A program made the translations under genes and the position numbers. Below the pieces are notes generated by a model. That model was given only the letters and a program-made list of their open reading frames with translations. It was not told the origin of the DNA and searched no databases. From contig JBDRKP010000014.1 in the NCBI GenBank assembly GCA_043813875.1, positions 1 to 43,210 of the forward strand: 43,210 bases of DNA. Direction: 5' to 3'. This document shows positions 28,311-36,942 of this stretch, piece by piece. Each line of letters starts with the position of its first letter. Position 1 is the first letter of the stretch. This DNA comes from an archaeon. Its GTDB lineage: Archaea > EX4484-52 > B79-G9.

Positions 28311-28949
28311 TCACACAACCTTTTTAGCAAGTCCTCTATATGAGACAATCTGTGGTCGTGCGGCAAACCACTCATCTGCAGTGGGAAGCTTCGGTTTAGT
28401 TTCTGGTGAAGCTGGTAAAGGAACTTCAACTTTAGGCTCTTCGACTTTGATTGTTGGTGTCTCTGCTGTTTTAGGTTTATCTTCAGGACCTACAGCCGTG
28501 ACTCTTTTTTCCGGAATATCTTCATAGGAAGGATGTCTTTTTTCTACCCTTTCTTTAAAATCACGAGGCAAATACTTTTCTTGCGATTTCCCGTTGAAAC
28601 TGTATGCAAAAATCAAATCCTCAAGGCGATCAAACTTATTGTTTGTTCCAAGATCGCTTTTCATTAATTCACCTATATATGATGCTCCATATAACAAGCC
28701 TTTCACGCTGTCAGTACCTATTTGATATAATTCTATTCCATCCTTTGCTATTTCTGGGTTGTTATCAATCAGATCTTGTGTAAGAATGAAATAAAGTGCA
28801 TCGTTCTCTTTTCCAGCTTTCATCACACCAAGATATAGATTACCATCCAGTGCATATTTTACAAGTTCATCTGTACTTTTTCTTTCCTGTTCCATTACAG
28901 CATCTAACTTACCTTTAAAGTTTTCCAGGTTAAATTTTCCATTTGCCAT
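28311..28949 (-). CDS. Hypothetical protein with Pro/Glu/Lys-rich C-terminal linker
   Basis: GGAGGT SD upstream of ATG 28949 (MANGKF...). Confidence 0.8.
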   Translation of the reverse strand: MANGKFNLENFKGKLDAVMEQERKSTDELVKYALDGNLYLGVMKAGKENDALYFILTQDLIDNNPEIAKDGIELYQIGTDSVKGLLYGASYIGELMKSDLGTNNKFDRLEDLIFAYSFNGKSQEKYLPRDFKERVEKRHPSYEDIPEKRVTAVGPEDKPKTAETPTIKVEEPKVEVPLPASPETKPKLPTADEWFAARPQIVSYRGLAKKVV

Positions 28950-29077
28950 ATTCACTACCTCCAGTGAGTACATAATATTTCTTTATCTTTTTATTTGTTG
29001 CGATTTAATTCGCTTTTTTCTAATCGGCAATCCAGCCAAAAAAATATTGTAGTCTTTTTGAATTCCTCTTGCTCCAC

Positions 29078-30058
29078 CTATTTCTTTAAAAGAACTTCAT
29101 ATGGCGAGCCAGGAGGGGCACCATACAGAGGTTCAATTGATGGGGGCTCGTAACGAAGAGATGATTCTCCATATCTTGATTCTAAATCTTTTATTGTATC
29201 TTCACCAAGTATTTCAAACACTTTTTTACGATAATCTTCTATTTCCCGTGGAGTACTATAATCCTTCCTTGATAGATTGATATCTTTTTCAATTTCGGTC
29301 AAATTATGTATGTGGCGATAGATATCATCTGATGACTCAGCTGTAAATGGTATTGCTGCTTCTGCAATCAGGCCGTAATAGAATCTGCCGAGCCTATCCA
29401 TCCAACCTGCCATTTCCTCTCTTAGTTCTGGATTCTCTGTTTCTTTGATTCTTTCCATGTGTTCTACGAATTGATCAGTATAATTTTCTTTGATGAATCT
29501 GACAAAATCCCAGTATTTTTCAGCGTCCCATACCATTCCGCCTCCCGGCAGGACTGCGGGCTCTCTTTCTCCGGGTTTTGCACCTTTCCATATATTCTCA
29601 AGCATGTTTTTGATCGCACGGTATCCTTTGTAAATAGGTAATTTCTCAAGGTACCATTCTGACAGTGGTGTCCAACCGCCTAATTTTTGCAGGGCATCCC
29701 TGCGTTCAGTAAATGAGTCACCTACCCAATCTACGAAGTAATTATCCTCAAATGTAGCAACATTATCAAGGAAACTGAGGCTATTTTCGACAGTATGTGA
29801 TCTGGAGCCTTTTGCTTTCTTTGCATATAGTTCTTCAACCCCTTTATATTCTGCAAGTTCTGTTTTTAGCTTTACGTATTCTTGAACGGTCTCTGCAGGC
29901 ATATATACTATACCCTGATCTGTGATGTTGGAGGGGATTCCTGTACTACTAGGGGTCGTTTTCTTTATTGAAGGGAAAAACGTAGGACTTACATTTGCTT
30001 GACCTGCTTCACCGGTATCACCCAAATTCATCATGATACTCGCATTTCCATTTGCCAT
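29078..30058 (-). CDS. Hypothetical protein (326 aa)
   Basis: GGAGG SD before MANGNAS...; long uninterrupted ORF. Confidence 0.8.
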   Translation of the reverse strand: MANGNASIMMNLGDTGEAGQANVSPTFFPSIKKTTPSSTGIPSNITDQGIVYMPAETVQEYVKLKTELAEYKGVEELYAKKAKGSRSHTVENSLSFLDNVATFEDNYFVDWVGDSFTERRDALQKLGGWTPLSEWYLEKLPIYKGYRAIKNMLENIWKGAKPGEREPAVLPGGGMVWDAEKYWDFVRFIKENYTDQFVEHMERIKETENPELREEMAGWMDRLGRFYYGLIAEAAIPFTAESSDDIYRHIHNLTEIEKDINLSRKDYSTPREIEDYRKKVFEILGEDTIKDLESRYGESSLRYEPPSIEPLYGAPPGSPYEVLLKK

Positions 30059-30441
30059 GTTATATCCCTCCTATTTTTCCTCTTCTTCACCAAGATATAA
30101 TTATTATTTGATTTGTGCTGATGTTTATTTTATTGTATTTTTTGATACTATTGATTTCAATCAATTGTAACTTTGGTGTAGTAACAATCTATTCAAACTA
30201 ACGTCTTTATGGTTGTCAAAGTATATAAAACTATCGGTCATTTTTCACTTAAAAGTGGTTAATATATGCAAATATGTGCGCTTATACGTTTTTTTAATGC
30301 GTTTTCTTTAGAATCCCGTATTCTTTCAACGGGGTGAACTGGGGCGCCACAGTATGTTTCGCTGCGCCATTTGCGTTTTTTGGAAAACGGGCGGCCATGT
30401 GCGCAAAAAAAGCGCTCAATGACACTTTAGACCGGACAGAT

Positions 30442-30939
30442 TCATCGCCTTTGTCGCTCTTTCTCTTTTTCGATTATCCTGTAGACTGCTTTTTCTATCT
30501 TGTAGGGGTCGTCGATATCTTTCAGGACATGGGCTGTCGAGACGACGACGAATTCAACGTCGCCTATGCCAAGCATCCGCTGAGACCTGGTCTGCTTCAC
30601 CCTTACGTTTGTGAGCTTGTCGAATGGTATGGCCTCTATGTTTATGCCGCCCATAGCGTTGTCAGACTTGCGCACCAGGACGCGATCAGTCGTTATAAGT
30701 ATCATCTCGCGCCTCTTGTTGTTTTCGCCTATGCCGAGAGGTATCAGGGATGCGACAATCAGGACCACACCCAGAATTTCTGGTGAAACCGGGAGCGGAA
30801 GAATCAACGGGCTCGCAAAAACTGCAACAGCAAGGATTATGAGTGCGATTCCGGCTAAATAGAATTTCAGGAATACCTTTCTTGACATCGTCGTCTCATG
30901 GATCTTCTTTTCGCCAGGCAGCAGGTGCCAGTTTACCAT
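30442..30939 (-). CDS. Membrane protein with bacterial PH (bPH_2) domain
   Basis: LLPGEK start, 2 TM helices, ITTDRVLVR...IPFDKLTNVRVKQT..QRMLGIGDV...IDDP; start reset to ATG 30939 with TATA about 25 nt upstream. Confidence 0.85.
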   Translation of the reverse strand: MVNWHLLPGEKKIHETTMSRKVFLKFYLAGIALIILAVAVFASPLILPLPVSPEILGVVLIVASLIPLGIGENNKRREMILITTDRVLVRKSDNAMGGINIEAIPFDKLTNVRVKQTRSQRMLGIGDVEFVVVSTAHVLKDIDDPYKIEKAVYRIIEKEKERQRR

Positions 30940-31045
30940 GAAAAGTATATTTGAATGGATTAGTATAAATAGGTGAGTCCGAGTATCTTTCGTTCTGAAC
31001 GAAAGGTTTTCGCCTGAATCATTCGATGGGAACGAAAGGCCTCGA

Positions 31046-31291
31046 CTAATCTGTTTTGTAGTCAAGAATCCCTAAGTCTTTTCCGATCTCGCACCAGGCC
31101 CAGGCCCAGACGACTGCTTCGAATGCGCGGACGTAGTCTTTTTTTTCTAGAAAGTGTCTCGAATCCGAGATGTAGGCGTCTATGTTTGTCTTGTATTGTT
31201 CGCCTTTTTTGGTTGATGGCTGTATTTTCAGGGATTCCAGTTTCTTTTGCCATTTTTTGGTTTCATCTATGAGGGTCTTTTCTGTGTCCAT
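31046..31291 (-). CDS. DUF357 family protein
   Basis: AYISDSRHFLEKKDYVRAFEAVVWAWAW; typical neighbour of dph5. Confidence 0.88.
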   Translation of the reverse strand: MDTEKTLIDETKKWQKKLESLKIQPSTKKGEQYKTNIDAYISDSRHFLEKKDYVRAFEAVVWAWAWCEIGKDLGILDYKTD

Positions 31292-31300
31292 CTTGAGCGC

Positions 31301-32035
31301 CTATAAGCTTTCCAGGTATTCCTCTTCTGTGAAGTGAAGAGTGCCAGGGATTATTATCGTGTGGGGGAGTGCGCCGAAGTCCTGTTTTTTCAGGTCTTTC
31401 ATACTGCCGTATCTTATGGTCGAACCCTGGTCGCTTCCCAGGTGGGCGAGGCACACTATTTTTGTATTGGATGAGAATAACTTTTTCTTTAGTTTTTCTT
31501 CAAGTTCCATGAGGAGACCTATCGCCTCGTTTGCGGTCATGCCGATATCAAGGAGGAGGAGGGTGTGGAGGCTGTCTTTTAAGTTCTTTCTTATGTTATC
31601 GTATGGGGACTCGGGGAAATAGTTGTCTTTTTTGTACGGAAGGGATACTGTGCGGCCGAATTTGTAGAGCTGGAGGCCGGATTCGGCTACTGCTGTGAAT
31701 ATCGATGAAGAGTGGATTATCTTTATCGGGATGCCCTGCTTTCTGCATTCGAGGGCGAATCCTATGTGGGTTGTGGCTGATAGGGCGTCTCCGCCTACAA
31801 GGAATGCGGTGTCGCATTTTTTTGCGGAGCTGATGATGATGTCTTGTTCTTCGACTTCGCTTCTGTCGAGGACGGTGATCTTTTTTTTCGCCATCTTTTC
31901 GAGGGCAGGGAGGTTCACTTTTATGGGGGATGTGTAGAACTCGGCGTATATCTTAACGCATTTTTTCAAGGCGTCCAGGGCTTTTATGGACAGGTCGCGC
32001 TCGTCGTAGATGCCTGTACCGATGATGTAGAGCAT
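31301..32035 (-). CDS. dph5: Diphthine synthase
   Basis: MLYIIGTGIYD, AEFYTS, GDALSATTH, GLQLYKFGRTVSLP, HTLLLLDI, PHTIIIPGTLHFTEEEYL. Confidence 0.96.
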   Translation of the reverse strand: MLYIIGTGIYDERDLSIKALDALKKCVKIYAEFYTSPIKVNLPALEKMAKKKITVLDRSEVEEQDIIISSAKKCDTAFLVGGDALSATTHIGFALECRKQGIPIKIIHSSSIFTAVAESGLQLYKFGRTVSLPYKKDNYFPESPYDNIRKNLKDSLHTLLLLDIGMTANEAIGLLMELEEKLKKKLFSSNTKIVCLAHLGSDQGSTIRYGSMKDLKKQDFGALPHTIIIPGTLHFTEEEYLESL

Positions 32036-32073
32036 GATTAAAATTGTATGCTGTAATTTTAAAATAATATGTA

Positions 32074-32955
32074 ATGAATAGGATGTTCATGAATCTTAAG
32101 GATGCGCTTTCGGAGAAGTTGTCTAGTGATGAGATTGATGCGCTTAACCGCTCTTTTGAGGTCATCGGGGATATTGGGATCATCGAGCTTGATGAGAAGC
32201 TTCTGAGCAAGAAAAAGGATATCGCTAAAGCGCTTGTGCTTGTGCAGAGGAATATCAAGGTCGTCCTTCTGAAGACAGATGATGTCTCCGGCAGGTACAG
32301 GGTCCCGAAATTCGAGGTGATTTTCGAGAGCAAGGATAGGGATTTCTCATGGGTGCCGAAAGGTTTTCGGCCTGTGAAGGCTACAGAGACGGTACACAGG
32401 GAGCATGGATGCAGGTTCAAGATCGATCCTACTACGGCTTATTTCTCTTCAAAGCTTGCAGGCGAGAGGGAGAGGATAAGGGAGCAGGTGAAGGACGGCG
32501 AGCGGATTCTTTGCCTTTTTGCAGGGGTCGGGCCGTTCCCGATTGTGGTCGCGCGCGCAAAGGATGTGTCGATAACTGCGGTTGAGATCAATCCGGATGC
32601 GGTGGCATCTTTTAAGGAGAATGCGGTGATGAATAAGGTTGATGATAAGATCGATATTGTTTTGGGTGATGCTGGGGAGGTGCTTGGCGCAATTGATGGG
32701 ACGTTTGACAGGATAATGATGCCTGCGCCGAAGAATGCGGCTGATTTTTTAGAGGGTGCGCTTGCTCTCTCAAAGAAGGGCACCATTGTCCATCTTTATA
32801 CTTTTCTTGCAGAGGAAGAGATTGAGGGGGTAGGAGAGGTGGTTTCTTCAAGATGCATGAAGGCGGGTGTAAAGGTCAAGATATTGCTTGTGCGCAAATG
32901 CGGGAACATCGGGCCTTATCATTACCGGGTTGTTGTGGATTTTTTGGTGCTTTGA
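32074..32955 (+). CDS. trm5: Trm5/TYW2-family SAM-dependent tRNA methyltransferase (m1G37)
   Basis: SFEVIGDI, ETVHREHGCRFKID..AYFS, ERERI, FAGVGPF, EINPDA, GDA, FDRIMMPAP. Confidence 0.85.
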   Translation: MNRMFMNLKDALSEKLSSDEIDALNRSFEVIGDIGIIELDEKLLSKKKDIAKALVLVQRNIKVVLLKTDDVSGRYRVPKFEVIFESKDRDFSWVPKGFRPVKATETVHREHGCRFKIDPTTAYFSSKLAGERERIREQVKDGERILCLFAGVGPFPIVVARAKDVSITAVEINPDAVASFKENAVMNKVDDKIDIVLGDAGEVLGAIDGTFDRIMMPAPKNAADFLEGALALSKKGTIVHLYTFLAEEEIEGVGEVVSSRCMKAGVKVKILLVRKCGNIGPYHYRVVVDFLVL

Positions 32956-33707
32956 GGATTGGTGATTTTTTTCATGAGGTCTTCCATGTCTTTTATGAAA
33001 ATCTCGGATGCCTCAAGGAAGATGTGGAGGTCGCTTCCGGAGATCGTGGTTATCTTTCCGTGCTCTACGTCTTTGTAGTATTTTATTATGTTCTCTAGAA
33101 TGCTTATATCTTTGTTTTGCAATTCATTTCCTGAAAAAATGGATTTTAACGCGCCTGGAAGTGCTTTTGGTATCGGCGGATCATATCCTTTCAAGACGAT
33201 TGGTGCCTGAGCGGCATCTACTACAAGATTATATAATTTAGTGAGAACATCAAGTTTGATGTTCTTATGTACACGCATTATCTTTTCAGGTGCAGAAGTC
33301 ATAAGAGCGTATGCGGACTCGCGCGTGCAAGGCATTTTCCCTTCAAGAAGGAGTACCTTGAGAGGAGCAAAGAAGCCGGCGGGATCGTAGAGTATAATGC
33401 TTAGGCGCATCTCTGCGTAGAGTTTCGGATCGGCGTAAACAAGCTTCCTCCAGTATTCAGATAGTTTATATATGTCAAATACGTATTTCTGTCTGTTTGA
33501 ATTTTCAAATTTTTTCAGATATGCTCTTATTTCCCGGAATTCCTTCGTATAGCCCTTTTTCGTATCATTGACAATTATAGAGACACAGACTAGGTTGTCG
33601 CTCTCCGTGTGCCCTGACTTGGTGAGCCATACAGTCTTTATAGAGGAATATCGGTATAATGGCGATATTTTACGCTCTATCTCTTCAAGATGCTCTTTTG
33701 TTTCCAT
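32922..33707 (-). CDS. Nucleotidyltransferase-fold plus HEPN-like helical protein with degenerate active site
   Basis: Paralog of the upstream gene (LSEYW, ILYDPAGFFAPLK.LL, AAQAPIV); GS and DxD are not retained. Confidence 0.7.
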   Translation of the reverse strand: METKEHLEEIERKISPLYRYSSIKTVWLTKSGHTESDNLVCVSIIVNDTKKGYTKEFREIRAYLKKFENSNRQKYVFDIYKLSEYWRKLVYADPKLYAEMRLSIILYDPAGFFAPLKVLLLEGKMPCTRESAYALMTSAPEKIMRVHKNIKLDVLTKLYNLVVDAAQAPIVLKGYDPPIPKALPGALKSIFSGNELQNKDISILENIIKYYKDVEHGKITTISGSDLHIFLEASEIFIKDMEDLMKKITNPQSTKKSTTTR

Positions 33708-34769
33708 TCAATCATGCCTCATTTTGATGAGTTTTTCCATGTATTTCAAGGAAGCGCTTGTCTCATAAATGTCTTTTGAGGATATTTCTGCGAATCTTTT
33801 CTCGTCTGAAAGATGTTTTATATGTATTATCCTTTTAAGAGTAGTTATGTAGGCTGTCGGAATATGATGCATTTTTTTTGCAACTTCTGATTCGAAAGCG
33901 AGTATGATTTTTTCTTCGTCTGAGTCGTTATTGTTCGTTATCATGCTAACAAGTTCGAGGACCGTATTATAATTGCTTAGTGATTGCTCTCTTTTTTGGA
34001 GAGATTCAAGCAGCTCGAAGAGCTCTTCCATTTTCTCAAGATAATTTAAGGAACCGTCTATCAGATTGTCAAGGGTGATTTTATTTCTGCTGCAGTATTC
34101 CTTTCTTTTCGTTTGATCTGTGTTGTATAGTTTCAAAAGAAGTACAAGAAATTTGTGGTGAGATTCATCAATTAATCCCTCCCGCACAAATTTTTTCAAT
34201 GCATCAGGGAGTTCGTTGTTGGGCGCAAATCTGTTGAAGTACATAAGTATTGCCTGCGTACTCGATACAGCAGCATCTGTAAGATATATGATTGCATCTG
34301 AAAAGAGCGCGTTCTGTGCTTCGTGAAAATGTATTTTGGCTCGGTCAATCAATATCGCTGCGCGTTCATGTTTTTTGTATAGCTGATGTTTTTTCAGAAG
34401 TGTTTTCAGGGGTTCTATCAACTCGGCGGGGTCATATAAGACAAGCGCAGATTCGAGTTCGGTTAATATCCACGGTTCTCCTGAACGCACGAGATCCCAA
34501 AAATCAGAAAGTGCTTTAGGGGGCTGAATGTGGAGGTTTAGGTCCATGGAGTTGGATGTTTCTTTTACATTGTTTTGCAGCATCTCAACAAGCTCTAAGT
34601 TGATATTGCTGTAGAGGACATTATCATAGACGATGTTTATATCGATATCCGATCCTTTCACATTCGCTTTTCTAGCAGCTGATCCGGAAATATAAATTGC
34701 CTTGATATATTTGAGTGTTGTGAGTTGTGCAAAAAGCTTTTTTATAATATCAACTTTCGCTTTTTGCAT
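33708..34769 (-). CDS. Minimal nucleotidyltransferase (Pol-beta fold) plus HEPN-like helical domains
   Basis: IYISGSAARK...GSDIDINIVYD; LSDFWDLVRSGEP; LYDPAELIEPLK. Confidence 0.82.
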   Translation of the reverse strand: MQKAKVDIIKKLFAQLTTLKYIKAIYISGSAARKANVKGSDIDINIVYDNVLYSNINLELVEMLQNNVKETSNSMDLNLHIQPPKALSDFWDLVRSGEPWILTELESALVLYDPAELIEPLKTLLKKHQLYKKHERAAILIDRAKIHFHEAQNALFSDAIIYLTDAAVSSTQAILMYFNRFAPNNELPDALKKFVREGLIDESHHKFLVLLLKLYNTDQTKRKEYCSRNKITLDNLIDGSLNYLEKMEELFELLESLQKREQSLSNYNTVLELVSMITNNNDSDEEKIILAFESEVAKKMHHIPTAYITTLKRIIHIKHLSDEKRFAEISSKDIYETSASLKYMEKLIKMRHD

Positions 34770-34790
34770 AATATCACAAACTGCTCAAAA

Positions 34791-35783
34791 CTACAATCCT
34801 TCTATTCTTAATTTATCAAGACTTTTTATTTTTCCTTCTCTATTCCTGATGGTACTATCTGCATTTTTCACGTCATTTGTATTTATTTCATCCACTTGTT
34901 TTCGAAGTTCCTTTAGATTCGTTTCATATCTATTGGCCACTCGTTCATTTTTTTTATATTCTGTGCGTAAATTCTTAAGTTCGGTACTTTTATATCCGCT
35001 AGCTACACTTTTTTCCAGGGGTTTGATGACATCAGATAAAATGCGCATTTTCTCATAGATATCAGATTTCTTCATTTCATAGGCCTTTATCTTAGAACTT
35101 AAATCGTCTACTTTCTTTTTTTTAATTTTAAGTTCACTTATCTCTTGATATAAATTGTTTTTTTTGAGATCTACAAGGTATGTCTCAGCAGCATTTTGAT
35201 CTATGTCTACACTGCCTCTTTTTTTGTCAGTTATTGTTGGCATGTATATGCTGTCTGTTTTCTTGTTTTTGAATGCCTCAATACCCGCTATTGTATGTAA
35301 GTATAGTTGTTTGACCTGAGCATGATTTATTCTTAATTCCTTAACAAGATCCGGATCTTCTTTATCATCTTTGGCATCAACAATCAGTTTATTTAGATGA
35401 TCCAACTGTTTTTCTAAATGTGTGCGTGCTTTATATACTCCCTCTTCCTTGAGCATTTTGTCGCGTGCGTCTCTGCCTGTCGCGATATTGTATCCTTTTT
35501 TAGCTACTGCAGATAATATGCCCAGCCCTGCAATCAATCCTGTGCTTTCAGCGCCGTCTTTCACGTAGTATACTCCGTCTTTAAGTAGGTTTATTGCTTC
35601 GGGATTACTTGCATATGAAACTAGACCACCAGTAACACTTCCGAGGACTCCGTATGTTGTTGGACTGGCACTCTTTGCTTTTTCTTTTAATCCATAAAGT
35701 TTGTTGCTAAGTCCACATTTATATTCTCCAATTTTTTTTGACAGTTCTGATTTTATTTTATTTAATAATGCCATAGAAATCAT
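34791..35783 (-). CDS. Hypothetical protein with Gly-rich hydrophobic segments and a coiled-coil C-terminus
   Basis: GVLGSVTGGLVSYA and GLIAGLGILSAVA segments; K/E-rich heptads; AAGGAG SD. Confidence 0.75.
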   Translation of the reverse strand: MISMALLNKIKSELSKKIGEYKCGLSNKLYGLKEKAKSASPTTYGVLGSVTGGLVSYASNPEAINLLKDGVYYVKDGAESTGLIAGLGILSAVAKKGYNIATGRDARDKMLKEEGVYKARTHLEKQLDHLNKLIVDAKDDKEDPDLVKELRINHAQVKQLYLHTIAGIEAFKNKKTDSIYMPTITDKKRGSVDIDQNAAETYLVDLKKNNLYQEISELKIKKKKVDDLSSKIKAYEMKKSDIYEKMRILSDVIKPLEKSVASGYKSTELKNLRTEYKKNERVANRYETNLKELRKQVDEINTNDVKNADSTIRNREGKIKSLDKLRIEGL

Positions 35784-35789
35784 CTCCTT

Positions 35790-36146
35790 TTATTTAATCT
35801 GTTTCATCTGGGCGTTTATCTCTTTGGTCATCAATTCAAAAAACGCGATTTGTTCATCGATAAAAGAAAGCATTCGATCCTCTTCTTCTGTCTTTTTTCC
35901 TTTCGATCCCTTTGTTATATTTTTTTTCAATGCCTGAAAGTATTTCATCCATGCGAACGATGTCTCTTTAAGCGCATTCAAAAGATCCTTATTTTTGTGT
36001 TTGATGGCACTCTTGCACATTCTTAAAAGACTATTTACAGTCTGATCGTATTGATATTCCACGAGTTTTACATATCCGTCAAAAGCCGCCATATTTGCAA
36101 CTTGTTTTCGTTCTTGATCTGTTATTTCCATCATTGAATCACCCAA
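35790..36146 (-). CDS. Hypothetical helical protein (~115 aa)
   Basis: ORF upstream of and coupled to the 34791 gene; true start probably the ATG after GGTGA (36134/36131). Confidence 0.7.
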   Translation of the reverse strand: MGDSMMEITDQERKQVANMAAFDGYVKLVEYQYDQTVNSLLRMCKSAIKHKNKDLLNALKETSFAWMKYFQALKKNITKGSKGKKTEEEDRMLSFIDEQIAFFELMTKEINAQMKQIK

Positions 36147-36365
36147 AACATTTAATCATTAAAATGATATTTGTGTCGAAGTAGTATATAAATGCACCTT
36201 ATGGATAATGACAGGAGTTCCATCTTTTAGGCTAAAAATGAGATTTAAGGGATTATATCTGATTAATCAATCCTGATGTGTCTCAGATATAATTTCCAGA
36301 CAAGATAAACATTAAAAAAGCTATGTGAGTCAATAGTGAAAAAGAAAGCTACAAACATAAGGTAA

Positions 36366-36479
36366 GGGGCCCTGGGGTAGCTTGGTTATCCTTCCAGCTC
36401 GGGGAGCTGGCGACCTGTGTTCAAATGCAGCTTGTTTCCTTTCAGGAAATATTTGCGGAAAATCACAGGGGCCCCACCA
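36366..36479 (+). tRNA. tRNA-Pro(GGG) with a T-loop intron at 59/60 (36426-36462) and encoded CCA
   Basis: Acceptor GGGGCCC/GGGCCCC+ACCA; anticodon arm CCAGC-TCGGGGA-GCTGG; T stem CTGTG/CACAG; relaxed BHB with AAT bulges restores TTCAAAT. Confidence 0.92.
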
Positions 36480-36493
36480 CGATTATCTTGTAC

Positions 36494-36628
36494 GGGACCT
36501 TGGGGTAGCTTCATCCAAAGAGTCTCTTTGGATGCTACAATGGTATCCTTCCGGCTTCGGGAGCCGGAGACCTGCGTTCAAATCCCTTTTGTCAAAATAG
36601 AAAAAGGGTGAAAGTCGCAGGGGTCCCA
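36494..36628 (+). tRNA. tRNA-Pro(CGG) with two introns: D-loop (36511-36540) and 59/60 (36583-36614)
   Basis: Acceptor GGGACCT/GGGTCCC; anticodon arm CCGGC-TTCGGGA-GCCGG; BHB-type helices GTAG/CTAC and TTCA/TGAA with 3-nt bulges; splicing restores AGCTTGGTATCC and TTCAAAT. Confidence 0.93.
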
Positions 36629-36687
36629 TTATTTTTTCTTTGGCTTTGAAATATGTTTATATATGAGTTATGCGCATATTACCATCC

Positions 36688-36930
36688 ATGGCAAGAAAAG
36701 GTTTTGAAATGACAATCGGCGTCATCATAACGATTGTTGTGCTGATTGTGGTCGCTTTGGCTGTGATAACGATTGTCCTCGGTAATATAAGAAATGCGGA
36801 CAATAATCTTACACCGACAACAAATGATGCGGCATGTGGTATATGGAAAGAGGCTGCGTGCGGACCGGGGGATACAGGAACAAAAACGCATCCCAACCTG
36901 GCGGACTGCCAGATAGAGTGCAGTTCCTGA
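36688..36930 (+). CDS. Type IV pilin-like protein with class III signal peptide
   Basis: MARKG|FEMTIGVIITIVVLIVVALAVITIVLGN; small C-terminal head with 4 Cys. Confidence 0.8.
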   Translation: MARKGFEMTIGVIITIVVLIVVALAVITIVLGNIRNADNNLTPTTNDAACGIWKEAACGPGDTGTKTHPNLADCQIECSS

Positions 36931-36942
36931 TTTGAGGAGAGT

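Noticed and set aside
34791..36628. Integrated virus or plasmid at the tRNA-Pro genes
   Set aside because: No integrase, no duplicated tRNA 3' end and no viral hallmark gene seen.
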